The position numbers and the translations under genes were made by a program. Under the pieces are notes generated by a model, which was given only the letters and a program-made list of their open reading frames with translations, did no database searches and was not told the origin of the DNA. DNA of 64,000 nt from a virus: IMG/VR virus record IMGVR_UViG_3300008448_000023, positions 30,413 through 94,412 of that record; one strand, written 5' to 3'. This document shows, piece by piece, positions 42,356 through 51,249 of this stretch; position 1 is the stretch's first letter; each line of letters opens with the position of its first letter.

Positions 42356-42658
42356 TTAAAGGCCGTTTAGTAGTTTATCGGTTTCGGGTTGAACGATTTC
42401 TGCCACTGCTACAATGTCTACCACAAAGTCTAGATCACGAATGTCATCTCCGAGTTCTGCTAGAGTACGAGTCAGAACTACTTCAATTTCTTCCATGTCT
42501 AGACCTTGACGGTGCAGTGTGTGTAAGTTGATTGTGCGCTGTCTTTTACCAGACAGTTTTACAATCACTTTTTTAATACATTCAAGTGGGACCTCGGTCT
42601 TGTTGACCTCGTTGATTAAATTTTCCCACTTGTTGAGTGCGTCTTCACTGAATTGCAT
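42356..42658 (-). CDS. Hypothetical protein
   Basis: 100 aa, in operon. Confidence 0.65.
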   Translation of the reverse strand: MQFSEDALNKWENLINEVNKTEVPLECIKKVIVKLSGKRQRTINLHTLHRQGLDMEEIEVVLTRTLAELGDDIRDLDFVVDIVAVAEIVQPETDKLLNGL

Positions 42659-43391
42659 CCGCGGTCACTGCCTTTGCTTTTGGGCGACCGCGCTTGGTAG
42701 GTTTTGCAGCGGTTGTAGACACTGGTGCAGGTTCTGCAAAGTTGTCTAGGTTTACATTAGAATACATGCGTTGAGCTTCTTTCTTCATGCGGGCTGCTTC
42801 CGCTATGAGACCTTTGGCTTCAACTTCCATTTTCTTGGCCTGAGCTAGCATGTTGGTTGCAAGGGCCTTGTCATCTAGTGCACCGTCGGCATTCATTGGT
42901 GGAGGTGTTTGACCTTTGTCTCTTAACGCCGCTTCTTGTTCTAAACGACGACGTTTGTACTCTCGTTCTTGGTCTCGCTTGACACTTGGATCAACCATGC
43001 CTTTGCTGTTGTCCAACTGCTCCAAACGTTTGCGAGCATCGTCGCCCATTTCCATCTCACGAACAATACGATTGAGTTCGTCTAGTTTCACAGAGCTTGT
43101 GGCATTAGGAGTCACAATGACCTGGCTGGAAGGAATCTTCTTGATCATGCCTTCTCGATGCAGGGCTTCCAACTGCGGGCGTCCGTCGGGCAACAGTCCT
43201 CGATGCAGTGCGTCTGCTAGATTGTTGGCCTGTTGTCCCACAGGGCTTTCCAAGGTCTTCATGATTGAGTCATGAATATGTGTGGGCAGTGTTTCGGGAT
43301 AAATCACAAGACACATGTGATCCTCGCCGGGTACTTCTCTAAATAAGATAGCGACCTTGCGATCGCCGTGACGTCCAATATGTTTAAGCAT
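42645..43391 (-). CDS. Hypothetical protein with C-terminal coiled coil and basic tail
   Basis: 248 aa; KRGRPK (AT-hook-like) near the C-terminus. Confidence 0.7.
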   Translation of the reverse strand: MLKHIGRHGDRKVAILFREVPGEDHMCLVIYPETLPTHIHDSIMKTLESPVGQQANNLADALHRGLLPDGRPQLEALHREGMIKKIPSSQVIVTPNATSSVKLDELNRIVREMEMGDDARKRLEQLDNSKGMVDPSVKRDQEREYKRRRLEQEAALRDKGQTPPPMNADGALDDKALATNMLAQAKKMEVEAKGLIAEAARMKKEAQRMYSNVNLDNFAEPAPVSTTAAKPTKRGRPKAKAVTADAIQ

Positions 43392-43587
43392 TTGTTTCTC
43401 CTTGTGCTTGTGCAGTCTGTTGTTCCTGTACGTGAGCTGTGCTGGCTTCTATAAAGCCAGCAATTTTCTCGTAGAGTTCTCCTACAGATTTGAGTTCATG
43501 AGCTTTGAACGCACCACGTGCGCTGGCAGCTTCAATGAGATTCTTTACGGATATAATATCGTTAAGGGTGAGTTGAGCATTTTCCAT
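43384..43587 (-). CDS. Small hypothetical protein
   Basis: 67 aa, RGAFKAHE; TAAATA at 43593-43598 just upstream. Confidence 0.7.
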   Translation of the reverse strand: MENAQLTLNDIISVKNLIEAASARGAFKAHELKSVGELYEKIAGFIEASTAHVQEQQTAQAQGETNA

Positions 43588-43623
43588 ACAGATATTTAAG
43601 TGGAATATGTTTGTGTAGAATTT

Positions 43624-43845
43624 TTATTCTACTCCGAAATGGTCTTTGAGAGCCTGAACAGAACGCTCAATTGTACATTTTACTGTTCCTAAATCATGTG
43701 TAGTATACGCACACTGAGTTCCGGTGTTCTCTACAACCGTGATTGCCTGTTTGACAACCGTGTCTAGAAGTTGCGCAACCTCTTCGATGCCAACCCATTT
43801 ACCGCTGGTGTCTTTTTTTAAAGTTTCTAGTAGTGTTTGATTCAT
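43624..43845 (-). CDS. Hypothetical protein
   Basis: Start revised to MNQTLL at 43845. Confidence 0.55.
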   Translation of the reverse strand: MNQTLLETLKKDTSGKWVGIEEVAQLLDTVVKQAITVVENTGTQCAYTTHDLGTVKCTIERSVQALKDHFGVE

Positions 43846-44576
43846 GAAATTTTCCAATAGTATTCTGGTGTGTGTTGATGTTGTATTATAAATGATGTGT
43901 CTGGCCATGTGCCGTGTTGTAATCTGTGTAACATATGATTATACACGATTTCATTGGTTTCTGCAGTCATATGGCAAATCATGTTTTTCTCTGGGTACGG
44001 CATCACTCCATGATTACGATCTATTTTAATTTTGTACGCTGAACCAAAAGATTCACACATTGGCATATAGTATCTGCTCAACAACGACCAGTCATTAAAC
44101 CATCCTGCATTGTGAGACATCACAAGAATGGTGTCTGGTCTTACAGCCATGACTCGATCAATCATTAAAGAACATATCTGCTGATCAGTAGCAAAGTCCG
44201 ACAGCTCTAGATAAAACTGTTCTAGAGCAAGAAGCTTGCTGTTGAGATCAGCAGTCATTGTTAGATTGTTTTGTTTGTAGCCTTGTTCTCTAAAATGCTT
44301 AACTGTGCCCGGAGCGTTTAAGTGAAACTCACGATTGTTGGTGCAAACAGGCAGATGCCAGCGCCCTGGGTTTGTTGCTACAAAAATTATTCTATCGTAA
44401 CGTTCATGTGTTTGCATGAACATTTGATAGCTAAAATATATTGAACTGCCGCCTTTGGCATAGATGCCTACTTGGTCAAAGCGATTACACCAAGCTTTTT
44501 TGGCCAACTGTGGATTGAAATCATGCCCGTGATTGGGATCAGCCCAGCTATCGCCGTAAATTCCTATTTTTTCCAT
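43842..44576 (-). CDS. SGNH-like protein
   Basis: IYGDSWADP, AKGGSS, TNPGR, CHMT. Confidence 0.55.
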   Translation of the reverse strand: MEKIGIYGDSWADPNHGHDFNPQLAKKAWCNRFDQVGIYAKGGSSIYFSYQMFMQTHERYDRIIFVATNPGRWHLPVCTNNREFHLNAPGTVKHFREQGYKQNNLTMTADLNSKLLALEQFYLELSDFATDQQICSLMIDRVMAVRPDTILVMSHNAGWFNDWSLLSRYYMPMCESFGSAYKIKIDRNHGVMPYPEKNMICHMTAETNEIVYNHMLHRLQHGTWPDTSFIIQHQHTPEYYWKIS

Positions 44577-44754
44577 GTTTTATAGTTGCTATTTCAGCAT
44601 CGTAAATTGCTGCCATGGTTCTCCACAATCCATAACGTTCACGATCAGTAAGTCCTAACAGCCACGGAGGATCAGTTTCTAACTTTTTGAGATCATAGTC
44701 ACTGCGATATGACTTGCACATCTCCAATATGATTTGATCTCGCTCGTTGTTCAT
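44548..44754 (-). CDS. Hypothetical protein
   Basis: 68 aa, overlap-coupled. Confidence 0.55.
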   Translation of the reverse strand: MNNERDQIILEMCKSYRSDYDLKKLETDPPWLLGLTDRERYGLWRTMAAIYDAEIATIKHGKNRNLRR

Positions 44755-44990
44755 TGATATAGCCGAATGTCCTTGTGTTTAACAAACACAATTGTATGCA
44801 CTTGACTGTTATACTTAATAGGCAAATCCAAGTGTACACTAATTCTTGGTCCTTCTATTTCATTGATCATGGTGTCATTGCCTACACTGCCCACAAACGG
44901 AATCTTGTTCCACTTGCCTATCACACGATCTCCGATGTGATAAGTGGGCTTGTAGCCCACTTGGTTAAAATAGTCAGTGAGACTGCCCAT
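44751..44990 (-). CDS. Hypothetical protein
   Basis: 79 aa, overlap-coupled. Confidence 0.6.
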   Translation of the reverse strand: MGSLTDYFNQVGYKPTYHIGDRVIGKWNKIPFVGSVGNDTMINEIEGPRISVHLDLPIKYNSQVHTIVFVKHKDIRLYQ

Positions 44991-44991
44991 G

Positions 44992-45168
44992 TCAGGTCAT
45001 TCGGAATCGACAAATTGCATAGTTCAAGTATGCAATTGCAAAAGAGATACCGGCCCAGAGATAATCTCCTTGTGCAAGCTCAGTTAGACCTTGCATTGTG
45101 AGCAAGCCAACCAAGAACCAAGTGATAGCATCTTGGTGAGTCACATACCATGTTCTAAATTTACTCAT
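44992..45168 (-). CDS. 58-aa small membrane protein missing from the ORF track
   Basis: MSKFRTWYVTHQDAITWFLVGLLTMQG...LWAGISFAIAYLNY...; two hydrophobic stretches; fills the gap. Confidence 0.55.
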   Translation of the reverse strand: MSKFRTWYVTHQDAITWFLVGLLTMQGLTELAQGDYLWAGISFAIAYLNYAICRFRMT

Positions 45169-45353
45169 ACAATTTTCCTTTCGCGTACGAGAGTTTCAAA
45201 CTGTTCGAACAGTTCTTCAAACTTATGATGATAAACAGCAGACAATGCCTCAAAATCGGCACTCTCGGCATTCCGCTTGGCCAACAACTTGACGTCATCA
45301 ACCATGCCCCAGCAACTCATAATTTGTTGTTCAAAATCAAAACGATCAGTCAT
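45165..45353 (-). CDS. Hypothetical protein
   Basis: MTDRFDFEQQIMSCW..., 62 aa. Confidence 0.6.
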   Translation of the reverse strand: MTDRFDFEQQIMSCWGMVDDVKLLAKRNAESADFEALSAVYHHKFEELFEQFETLVRERKIV

Positions 45354-45484
45354 TTTTTCCATTCCTTTCGAGCCTTCTGAGCTTCGCTAACAATTTTCTT
45401 GCCCAATTCCCATATAGGGTGCCAAAAATATCCTATCACTGCACCCACCACAAACCAATTCAATGCATCAAGAAAGTTTTGCAT
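45350..45484 (-). CDS. 44-aa small membrane protein missing from the ORF track
   Basis: MQNFLDALNWFVVGAVIGYFWHPIWELGKK...; overlap-coupled on both sides. Confidence 0.55.
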   Translation of the reverse strand: MQNFLDALNWFVVGAVIGYFWHPIWELGKKIVSEAQKARKEWKK

Positions 45485-45699
45485 TAGGTCATCCTATCTA
45501 CATTTTGTCCTGGACGATTAAGATATCGATTCATTTCGATGCGTTTTAACTCATCGGCTTCTCGACGTGCTTTGATTTGCTGTTGCTCGACCACAGCGTC
45601 ATTATGACGCCGGTCTGCTTTCATTATCTCAGTACGCTGGTAGACTTGGTTGTTCCACTCAGAAATTTTATCAATACCCACTTTACTGCTCCTCGTCAT
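45484..45699 (-). CDS. Hypothetical protein
   Basis: Short charged ORF ending GQNVDRMT; start uncertain. Confidence 0.5.
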   Translation of the reverse strand: MTRSSKVGIDKISEWNNQVYQRTEIMKADRRHNDAVVEQQQIKARREADELKRIEMNRYLNRPGQNVDRMT

Positions 45700-46984
45700 A
45701 GTAAGCATATTGGCCCCATGGTGGAACAATACTGGTGGTACCGTGCAAGATAAACACAGTCTCAGTATAGTTCTCATCTCCCCAGCTACCAAACGGATAA
45801 CCGTCTGTGAACATCACAAGTCGCTTGGGCTCGATCTCGTTTTCTTTCAAGTAGTTGTAAACACAGTCAAAGTCCGTGCCGCCGCCACCTTTGACTTCGT
45901 AGTCGCAGATAGTATCCAAGTTGTCGCTGTCGTATTGAGCAGGGTTGTATGCGTCAGTATCAAAAGTGATCACATGGATCCGGTATGCAGGGAACGAGTC
46001 CATGATACCTTGAATCTCACTCAAGAAGTCTTTGAGCATGCTTTCAGAGATACTACCAGAAGCATCCAGCGCCACAGCAATATCAATCATGGGATCCAGC
46101 TTCATGCCAGGCATCACAGCATCCATGTGCCAGCCCTTGCGACTGGCTCGCATCCAGGTGTAATCGCTCTTGATGGTGGATTCCAATTGCATACGCAACA
46201 GTTCACGCCAGTTCATCTTGGGCTCGGTCAAGTCCTGGATCAGTCGCTTGACACCTGCGGGCAAGTTGCCTGCACCGTCCACAGTCTGGGCCGCCGCCAA
46301 CATGGCTTCTTTGATCTCGTCTTTGATGGCTTGCCGCTCGGCGTCTGAAAGCTTGGGACGACCTTTGCCTTCCTTGTCACCGTCTTTGCCACTGCCATCG
46401 CCTTCGCCGTCCAAGTGCTCGTCTATCAGTTGGTCCAACAAGTCCGACAGATTGATCTTTTTTGCGTTCTTCATCAAGGCGTCATAGACCTCTTCAGAAC
46501 TCATGCCCTTGTACTTGGCATCATACAGGCAAGGCACTGTAGTAATCTTTTCACCTACACGGTGCTCAACTAAATCTGCGTTGACACAATAGTCATTGGC
46601 AATGTTCCAGATCTGCGGATCACGATCTCCGCGCCGGCCAAAGTGATCATACACACAATGGAGCACTTCGTGCCCAAACAAGAATTCAATCTCCCTGGGG
46701 CGGAGCATGTCTACGAAGCGACTATTGTAATAGAAGTGACGACCGTCAGTGGCCGCGGTGCCGCACCATTCGTCAGCATTGACCAGCTTGAGGCGGGTAG
46801 CCAAGTTGCCAAAGAAACTAGCACGAAGCAAGAGACCCACACGGGCAGTGATCAGTTTCTCACGTACCTTACGATCCAGCGCCGGATCCATGGGACCAAT
46901 TAGATTGGCAAATTTTTCTTTGTCTTCTTTGGTAGCAGTTGTGCCGCTACGGGCATGCAGAACATTAGGGTTAAAATATTGCAT
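45683..46984 (-). CDS. HExxH metallopeptidase-like plus VWA domain protein
   Basis: TAATDG, HEVLH, ALDASGSIS (MIDAS), GGGGTDF, FTDG. Confidence 0.88.
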   Translation of the reverse strand: MQYFNPNVLHARSGTTATKEDKEKFANLIGPMDPALDRKVREKLITARVGLLLRASFFGNLATRLKLVNADEWCGTAATDGRHFYYNSRFVDMLRPREIEFLFGHEVLHCVYDHFGRRGDRDPQIWNIANDYCVNADLVEHRVGEKITTVPCLYDAKYKGMSSEEVYDALMKNAKKINLSDLLDQLIDEHLDGEGDGSGKDGDKEGKGRPKLSDAERQAIKDEIKEAMLAAAQTVDGAGNLPAGVKRLIQDLTEPKMNWRELLRMQLESTIKSDYTWMRASRKGWHMDAVMPGMKLDPMIDIAVALDASGSISESMLKDFLSEIQGIMDSFPAYRIHVITFDTDAYNPAQYDSDNLDTICDYEVKGGGGTDFDCVYNYLKENEIEPKRLVMFTDGYPFGSWGDENYTETVFILHGTTSIVPPWGQYAYYDEEQ

Positions 46985-47010
46985 GTGAGTCCTTGTGTGA
47001 ATATGTGTAT

Positions 47011-47039
47011 ATTATAGCAAATTGGCGAATTTAAGTCAA
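47011..47039 (-). promoter_or_regulatory. sigma70 promoter
   Basis: TTGACT-17-TATAAT with an extended TG. Confidence 0.8.
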
Positions 47040-47102
47040 CTGTTTTTTGCCTGTAGCAAATAGTATACATTTTTGAGGTCTTGGGCGTTTTACAGCAATT
47101 CT

Positions 47103-47408
47103 TTAGGTGATCTCTGTGTCTTGCCCTACAGAATCGTTTAAGTAGCGCAGTATAAACCAACTCTGTGTACTTTCGTTGTAAAAATCCAGGTGTACTTGGT
47201 CCTTGTAGTGCATGGTGGGACCGTCTTTTCTTGCATGCTCGTTTGGCACTAGTCCACGATGGTAGCGATATGTGAATCCCAACTCGCGTCGCAAACGTGG
47301 CCTTATGGCCATGCCCATGCCATACTCCTGTAGGATTCGTGCATAGATATCTGACCATTCCCCGGGCCTGTGAAATACAATCAGATTCTTTTTAACTGTT
47401 ACTTTCAT
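47103..47408 (-). CDS. Hypothetical protein
   Basis: Start revised to MKVTVKK; WFILRY C-terminus. Confidence 0.6.
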   Translation of the reverse strand: MKVTVKKNLIVFHRPGEWSDIYARILQEYGMGMAIRPRLRRELGFTYRYHRGLVPNEHARKDGPTMHYKDQVHLDFYNESTQSWFILRYLNDSVGQDTEIT

Positions 47409-47733
47409 TTGGGTGTGCCAATACAAACCAGTTTAGTTCTTTGTCACTATTTAAATAGATGCGGTAGTCATTGTACTGAACCGAATACGCCCAGTGTCGG
47501 TTGATGTCATCTTCTTGGACCGCAGTATTACTAGGATCTTGTTTACGGAGTTTCAGTCGGGCACGAGTCTCAACATCTTGACTCCAGCCCCAAGTCTGGT
47601 TCATCCAACGACGACTACGATCAAAGTCTAGTACGCCAGTGCCAACTCTTGCGCTTTTAGAGAATTCCAGCATGTAGTTAAAACTAGCTTTGTGGCTGTG
47701 TCGATGATCTAATTTGGTTACTTGATATCTCAT
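47392..47733 (-). CDS. Hypothetical protein
   Basis: 113 aa. Confidence 0.6.
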   Translation of the reverse strand: MRYQVTKLDHRHSHKASFNYMLEFSKSARVGTGVLDFDRSRRWMNQTWGWSQDVETRARLKLRKQDPSNTAVQEDDINRHWAYSVQYNDYRIYLNSDKELNWFVLAHPNESNS

Positions 47734-47744
47734 GGCATAAAACA

Positions 47745-47767
47745 GAAAAGGGCCTTAGGCCCTTTTC
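47745..47767. terminator. Bidirectional intrinsic terminator
   Basis: GAAAAGGGCC-TTA-GGCCCTTTTC, just after the ATPase stop. Confidence 0.8.
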
Positions 47768-47777
47768 CTATCTCCTA

Positions 47778-48863
47778 TCAGGCAGAAGCTTGCAGGATGT
47801 ACTTGCCATAACGGCTGTGAAACTCGTCAAAGTTCTTGAGCTTGGTAGGCAGGAATGGCAAGTCGTATGTTGTCAATGCAATACGAGCACCCATCACAAC
47901 CAGTTCTGTCTCAAAGTTCTTCATCATGTAGCCTAGGAAGTTATCGGCCATCTCGTGAAACTCTTTGTCGGCAATCTTGTTCTCAACACCAGCCTTGAGC
48001 TCGTAGCACATGGAGATCACCAAGCTGTACATGGCACTGACCTCTTTGACGTTCAAGTCCTTGACCTTGCCCTTAAGGATGTCCACAGGGTTGGGCATCT
48101 TGCTGGCAACCTTGCGGTGAGCCATAAACTTCACTGCAAGACCTTCACCTACTGTACCAGCAATTAAGTTAGTCAGTGTGTCGTTGTCTACAGTCTCGTC
48201 GCTGAGCAGTTGGCTCACAAAAGTCCACGAGCGCGGCGTGGCAAACGCACGGCTGGCACTCTTGGCATCAAAGTCGTAGAGGTCTTGCTTGGCAAAGCTC
48301 AAGTAACCCACAACGTCCTTGTGGATCTTGTTCTGCACAGCCCACTCTTGATACGAAGCAAAGTCCACTTTCATCTCTTGGTGGATGAAACGGTTTGCCA
48401 GCGGAGTCGGCATACGATATGTAACGCCTTTGTCGCTTTCACGATTGCCTGCGGCAACCATTACAACATTGTCTGGCAAACGGAACTTACCAATTCGGCG
48501 ATTCAGGATCAGCTGGTAGGCAGCCGATTGCACTGAGGCAGGGGCAGAATTAAGTTCGTCCAAGAACAAGACCACAATAGGATACTGGCTGGCCAGTTCT
48601 TCGTCGGGCAGTTCTACTGGGGGAGCCCAGTCCATCTTGCCCAAGTCTTTGTTATAAAAAGGAATACCACGAATGTCAGTGGGTTCCATCTGACCCAGGC
48701 GCAGGTCGATCATGAGTCCACCTAGCTCACGGGTAATGCCTTCTACCAGCTCACTCTTGCCGATGCCTGGAGGACCCCACAGGAACAAAGGTCGTTGTAC
48801 TTTGAACGCCAAGAGCAGGGATTTACGAGCCTGGACGGCTGTGACGGTGCGGGTATCTGACAT
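47778..48863 (-). CDS. MoxR-like AAA+ ATPase
   Basis: GPPGIGKS (Walker A), LFLDE (Walker B), AAGNR, PLANRF, TPRSW. Confidence 0.9.
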   Translation of the reverse strand: MSDTRTVTAVQARKSLLLAFKVQRPLFLWGPPGIGKSELVEGITRELGGLMIDLRLGQMEPTDIRGIPFYNKDLGKMDWAPPVELPDEELASQYPIVVLFLDELNSAPASVQSAAYQLILNRRIGKFRLPDNVVMVAAGNRESDKGVTYRMPTPLANRFIHQEMKVDFASYQEWAVQNKIHKDVVGYLSFAKQDLYDFDAKSASRAFATPRSWTFVSQLLSDETVDNDTLTNLIAGTVGEGLAVKFMAHRKVASKMPNPVDILKGKVKDLNVKEVSAMYSLVISMCYELKAGVENKIADKEFHEMADNFLGYMMKNFETELVVMGARIALTTYDLPFLPTKLKNFDEFHSRYGKYILQASA

Positions 48864-48897
48864 GGGATTGTCTTTCAAAAAATGTTATTAAGCAGTT

Positions 48898-48926
48898 ATT
48901 GTAACAAATTGGGATTTTTCGGTCAA
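48898..48926 (-). promoter_or_regulatory. sigma70 promoter
   Basis: TTGACC-17-TACAAT. Confidence 0.75.
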
Positions 48927-49099
48927 CTGTTGATTGTTGCAAAAGGACTACAGTTTTCTAATTGAGTTTGCTCAACAAGTTCTGCAGCCTCAACAACAAA
49001 ATGAACAGGAATTTCCAGTTCGCGGGCCACCTGTGCAAAGCTCTTGCCTTGCTCTAACAAGTACTCAATATCGAGTACTAAATCGCTCATCTTGCTCAT
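48923..49099 (-). CDS. Small HTH-like protein
   Basis: GKSFAQVARELEIP; start revised to 49099. Confidence 0.55.
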   Translation of the reverse strand: MSKMSDLVLDIEYLLEQGKSFAQVARELEIPVHFVVEAAELVEQTQLENCSPFATINS

Positions 49100-49128
49100 T
49101 GCAGTTCCTTTGCTGTCTAAGTGCTTGT

Positions 49129-49157
49129 ATTGTAGCAAATTGCGAATTTACAGTCAA
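49129..49157 (-). promoter_or_regulatory. sigma70 promoter
   Basis: TTGACT-17-TACAAT. Confidence 0.75.
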
Positions 49158-49159
49158 AG

Positions 49160-49184
49160 AAAACCCTGCTCTGAGCAGGGTTTT
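49160..49184. terminator. Intrinsic terminator
   Basis: AAAACCCTGCTC-T-GAGCAGGGTTTT inverted repeat. Confidence 0.7.
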
Positions 49185-49203
49185 AAAAAGTAATACTTGA
49201 GTA

Positions 49204-49809
49204 CTACATTGTAGGACCATTGCCGTTTTTAAACCCAATTTCGCCGCCTTCTGCTTCAATACGCTTGTAGACGTCTTCTAACAAGATGGGACGGAAGTCG
49301 GTTTGCTCCACGCACACACAATGGTAACGAGTGTCGTTTTCTGTCGAGTACAACACAGCGCCAGTTCGGGCATCTACACCACGTGCTCGCTTGACACGAC
49401 TGGCGTGCAAGTGTCCGTGAATGTTGGTACCAAAGCGACCCAAGCTAGCCTCATGCACAGGGATGTGACTTAAAATCATTCCGTTCAATACATGGTATGC
49501 ACGTAACTCACGGAAGTACTGCCTATACTCGTCATCACGGAAGATGTCGTGGTTGCCGCGGATCAAGACCTTGTCGCCGTTCAAGCGACTCAACGTCTTT
49601 AATGCCTTACGGTTGATAACAACATCACCCAAGTGGTATACCTTGTCGCTGGGACGAACAGTGTCGTTCCAACGACGGATCATTTCCTCATCCATTTCGT
49701 CAGGATCTGACCATGGACGCAATTTCACCTCAGGATCATCCGGGTGTGTAAATCGGCACACACCAGCATGTCCAAAGTGTGTGTCACTGACTAAAAATGT
49801 AGCAGGCAT
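49204..49809 (-). CDS. Calcineurin-like metallophosphoesterase
   Basis: SDTHFGH, HLGD, GNHD, HGHLH. Confidence 0.9.
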   Translation of the reverse strand: MPATFLVSDTHFGHAGVCRFTHPDDPEVKLRPWSDPDEMDEEMIRRWNDTVRPSDKVYHLGDVVINRKALKTLSRLNGDKVLIRGNHDIFRDDEYRQYFRELRAYHVLNGMILSHIPVHEASLGRFGTNIHGHLHASRVKRARGVDARTGAVLYSTENDTRYHCVCVEQTDFRPILLEDVYKRIEAEGGEIGFKNGNGPTM

Positions 49810-49818
49810 AATACCTCC

Positions 49819-50127
49819 TTAAACGGTTATCCAATCATCCGAGTCACGGTATTCAATGCTTTCGCTACCGTCATACTCGTTTATCTTTATTTGTTGTCCT
49901 TGATCGACCCATTCCACAGCCAAATCACCAATGCCACCTAAGTAAGCATCGGGCCACTTTACTATAGCATAGGCCAATATCTGTTCTTTATTGCCTTTGA
50001 GCACAAGATCTACTAGACCCGAGTCAAACAGCATGTCAGGATATTCGTAGTTCCATGTGTACCATCCTGCGCCAAAGCCTGGCGATACCAACACGGCAAT
50101 CTTTCCGTCTTTTACTAGTTTGTTCAT
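49819..50127 (-). CDS. Hypothetical phage protein
   Basis: SPGFGAGW...EYDGSE. Confidence 0.7.
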   Translation of the reverse strand: MNKLVKDGKIAVLVSPGFGAGWYTWNYEYPDMLFDSGLVDLVLKGNKEQILAYAIVKWPDAYLGGIGDLAVEWVDQGQQIKINEYDGSESIEYRDSDDWITV

Positions 50128-50148
50128 GATAATCTCCTGGATAGGAGA

Positions 50149-50631
50149 TTATCTCTCCCATCCTATGTTAGTGTTTCTCCAATCATTGGCGTGATCGAAG
50201 GGTTGTTCATCGCTGTCGTACGTCCAGCCCAGTTGTCGCATCAGCTTCTGCTTGACTCGCAAGTTAGGGATTCGTGTGCGTTCTGCATCCTGAAACCCCA
50301 TCATCACGCCAACTTCAGCTACAGCACCTGAACGGCACAGACCAGCATAGCAATGCACAACCACGTTCATGTGATTGTCTAATGCATGTTTCAGCAGGCG
50401 CACAATCTCCGCAGCCTGAACATCACTGATTTTGGCTTCTTCAGGAAAGCCATCTTTGTCCTCTGCGTCTAAGAATTCAAAACGATGTGTTTCTCGAAAC
50501 TCATGTGCAGGGCTAGGCCACCAGCTAGTAGCAGGATCCATAATTTGGATCAGCATACTGTTAGGGCCAGCTTCGTGATGAAACCTTATGGGCACATCGG
50601 CTGCGGCTACGTTTTCAATCCAAGGCATCAT
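50149..50631 (-). CDS. Cys-based (tyrosine/dual-specificity) phosphatase-like protein
   Basis: VVHCYAGLCRS matches the HCxxGxxRS P-loop. Confidence 0.8.
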   Translation of the reverse strand: MMPWIENVAAADVPIRFHHEAGPNSMLIQIMDPATSWWPSPAHEFRETHRFEFLDAEDKDGFPEEAKISDVQAAEIVRLLKHALDNHMNVVVHCYAGLCRSGAVAEVGVMMGFQDAERTRIPNLRVKQKLMRQLGWTYDSDEQPFDHANDWRNTNIGWER

Positions 50632-50647
50632 AATCTCCTAATGTGCT

Positions 50648-50676
50648 ATTGTAGCACAACAGTAAATTCGGGTCAA
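50648..50676 (-). promoter_or_regulatory. sigma70 promoter
   Basis: TTGACC-17-TACAAT, followed by an AGGAG RBS. Confidence 0.75.
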
Positions 50677-50690
50677 GCTATACTAAAGTA

Positions 50691-50942
50691 TTACTTTTTT
50701 CCACGATACCTGTCGCGCTGTTGTGGTGGTTCTTTGAGTAGGTAATTGCGACCAATCAAGCCGTGTTCGATTTCGCCCAGGGCAGTGACACCAGCACTGT
50801 GCTTGCTGAGGACCTTGGGTTGATGCCCTGAATTGAGTTCGCGAGTGCGAGTGGCTGCAATCAACACAAGGTCATATCTGTTGCCCACAGCTTCCACAGC
50901 TTGTTGGCTATTGAGTCCGGTTAGTTCGTTAAGTTTCTTCAT
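50691..50942 (-). CDS. rpoZ: RNA polymerase omega subunit-like protein
   Basis: AVEAVGNRYDLVLIAATRTREL...VTALGEI resembles the RpoZ NRF.LVL.AA.RAR.L...AL.EI pattern; start revised to 50942 (83 aa). Confidence 0.7.
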   Translation of the reverse strand: MKKLNELTGLNSQQAVEAVGNRYDLVLIAATRTRELNSGHQPKVLSKHSAGVTALGEIEHGLIGRNYLLKEPPQQRDRYRGKK

Positions 50943-51234
50943 TTGGTGGTAATCCATTGGAGTGTTTATCTGAAATACGATCAGCATCTTGAAACAGACG
51001 CTTTTCTTGTGCTGTGAGTCGATCCTTATGGGTCTTGCGTGGGTTACCACACAAATAGCAGTGAGGATTACCGCAATCCATGGCATGGTGTTTGGCTAGT
51101 CTATGCGGCTCCTTCACTGCTTTGTCTTTGCGAGTCAGGCCATGTGCTCGGGCAATTTTTACCTGCCGGGAAATAGCCACGTCAGTTTTGTGACGACGTC
51201 GTGAATTAAGGAATTTTGCTAGATCATTGCTCAT
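50929..51234 (-). CDS. Basic hypothetical protein with a CxxxxCxxC motif
   Basis: DCGNPHCYLCGNPR; TAAATA 4 nt upstream of the ATG. Confidence 0.65.
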   Translation of the reverse strand: MSNDLAKFLNSRRRHKTDVAISRQVKIARAHGLTRKDKAVKEPHRLAKHHAMDCGNPHCYLCGNPRKTHKDRLTAQEKRLFQDADRISDKHSNGLPPNEET

Positions 51235-51249
51235 AATGTATTTAAAGTT

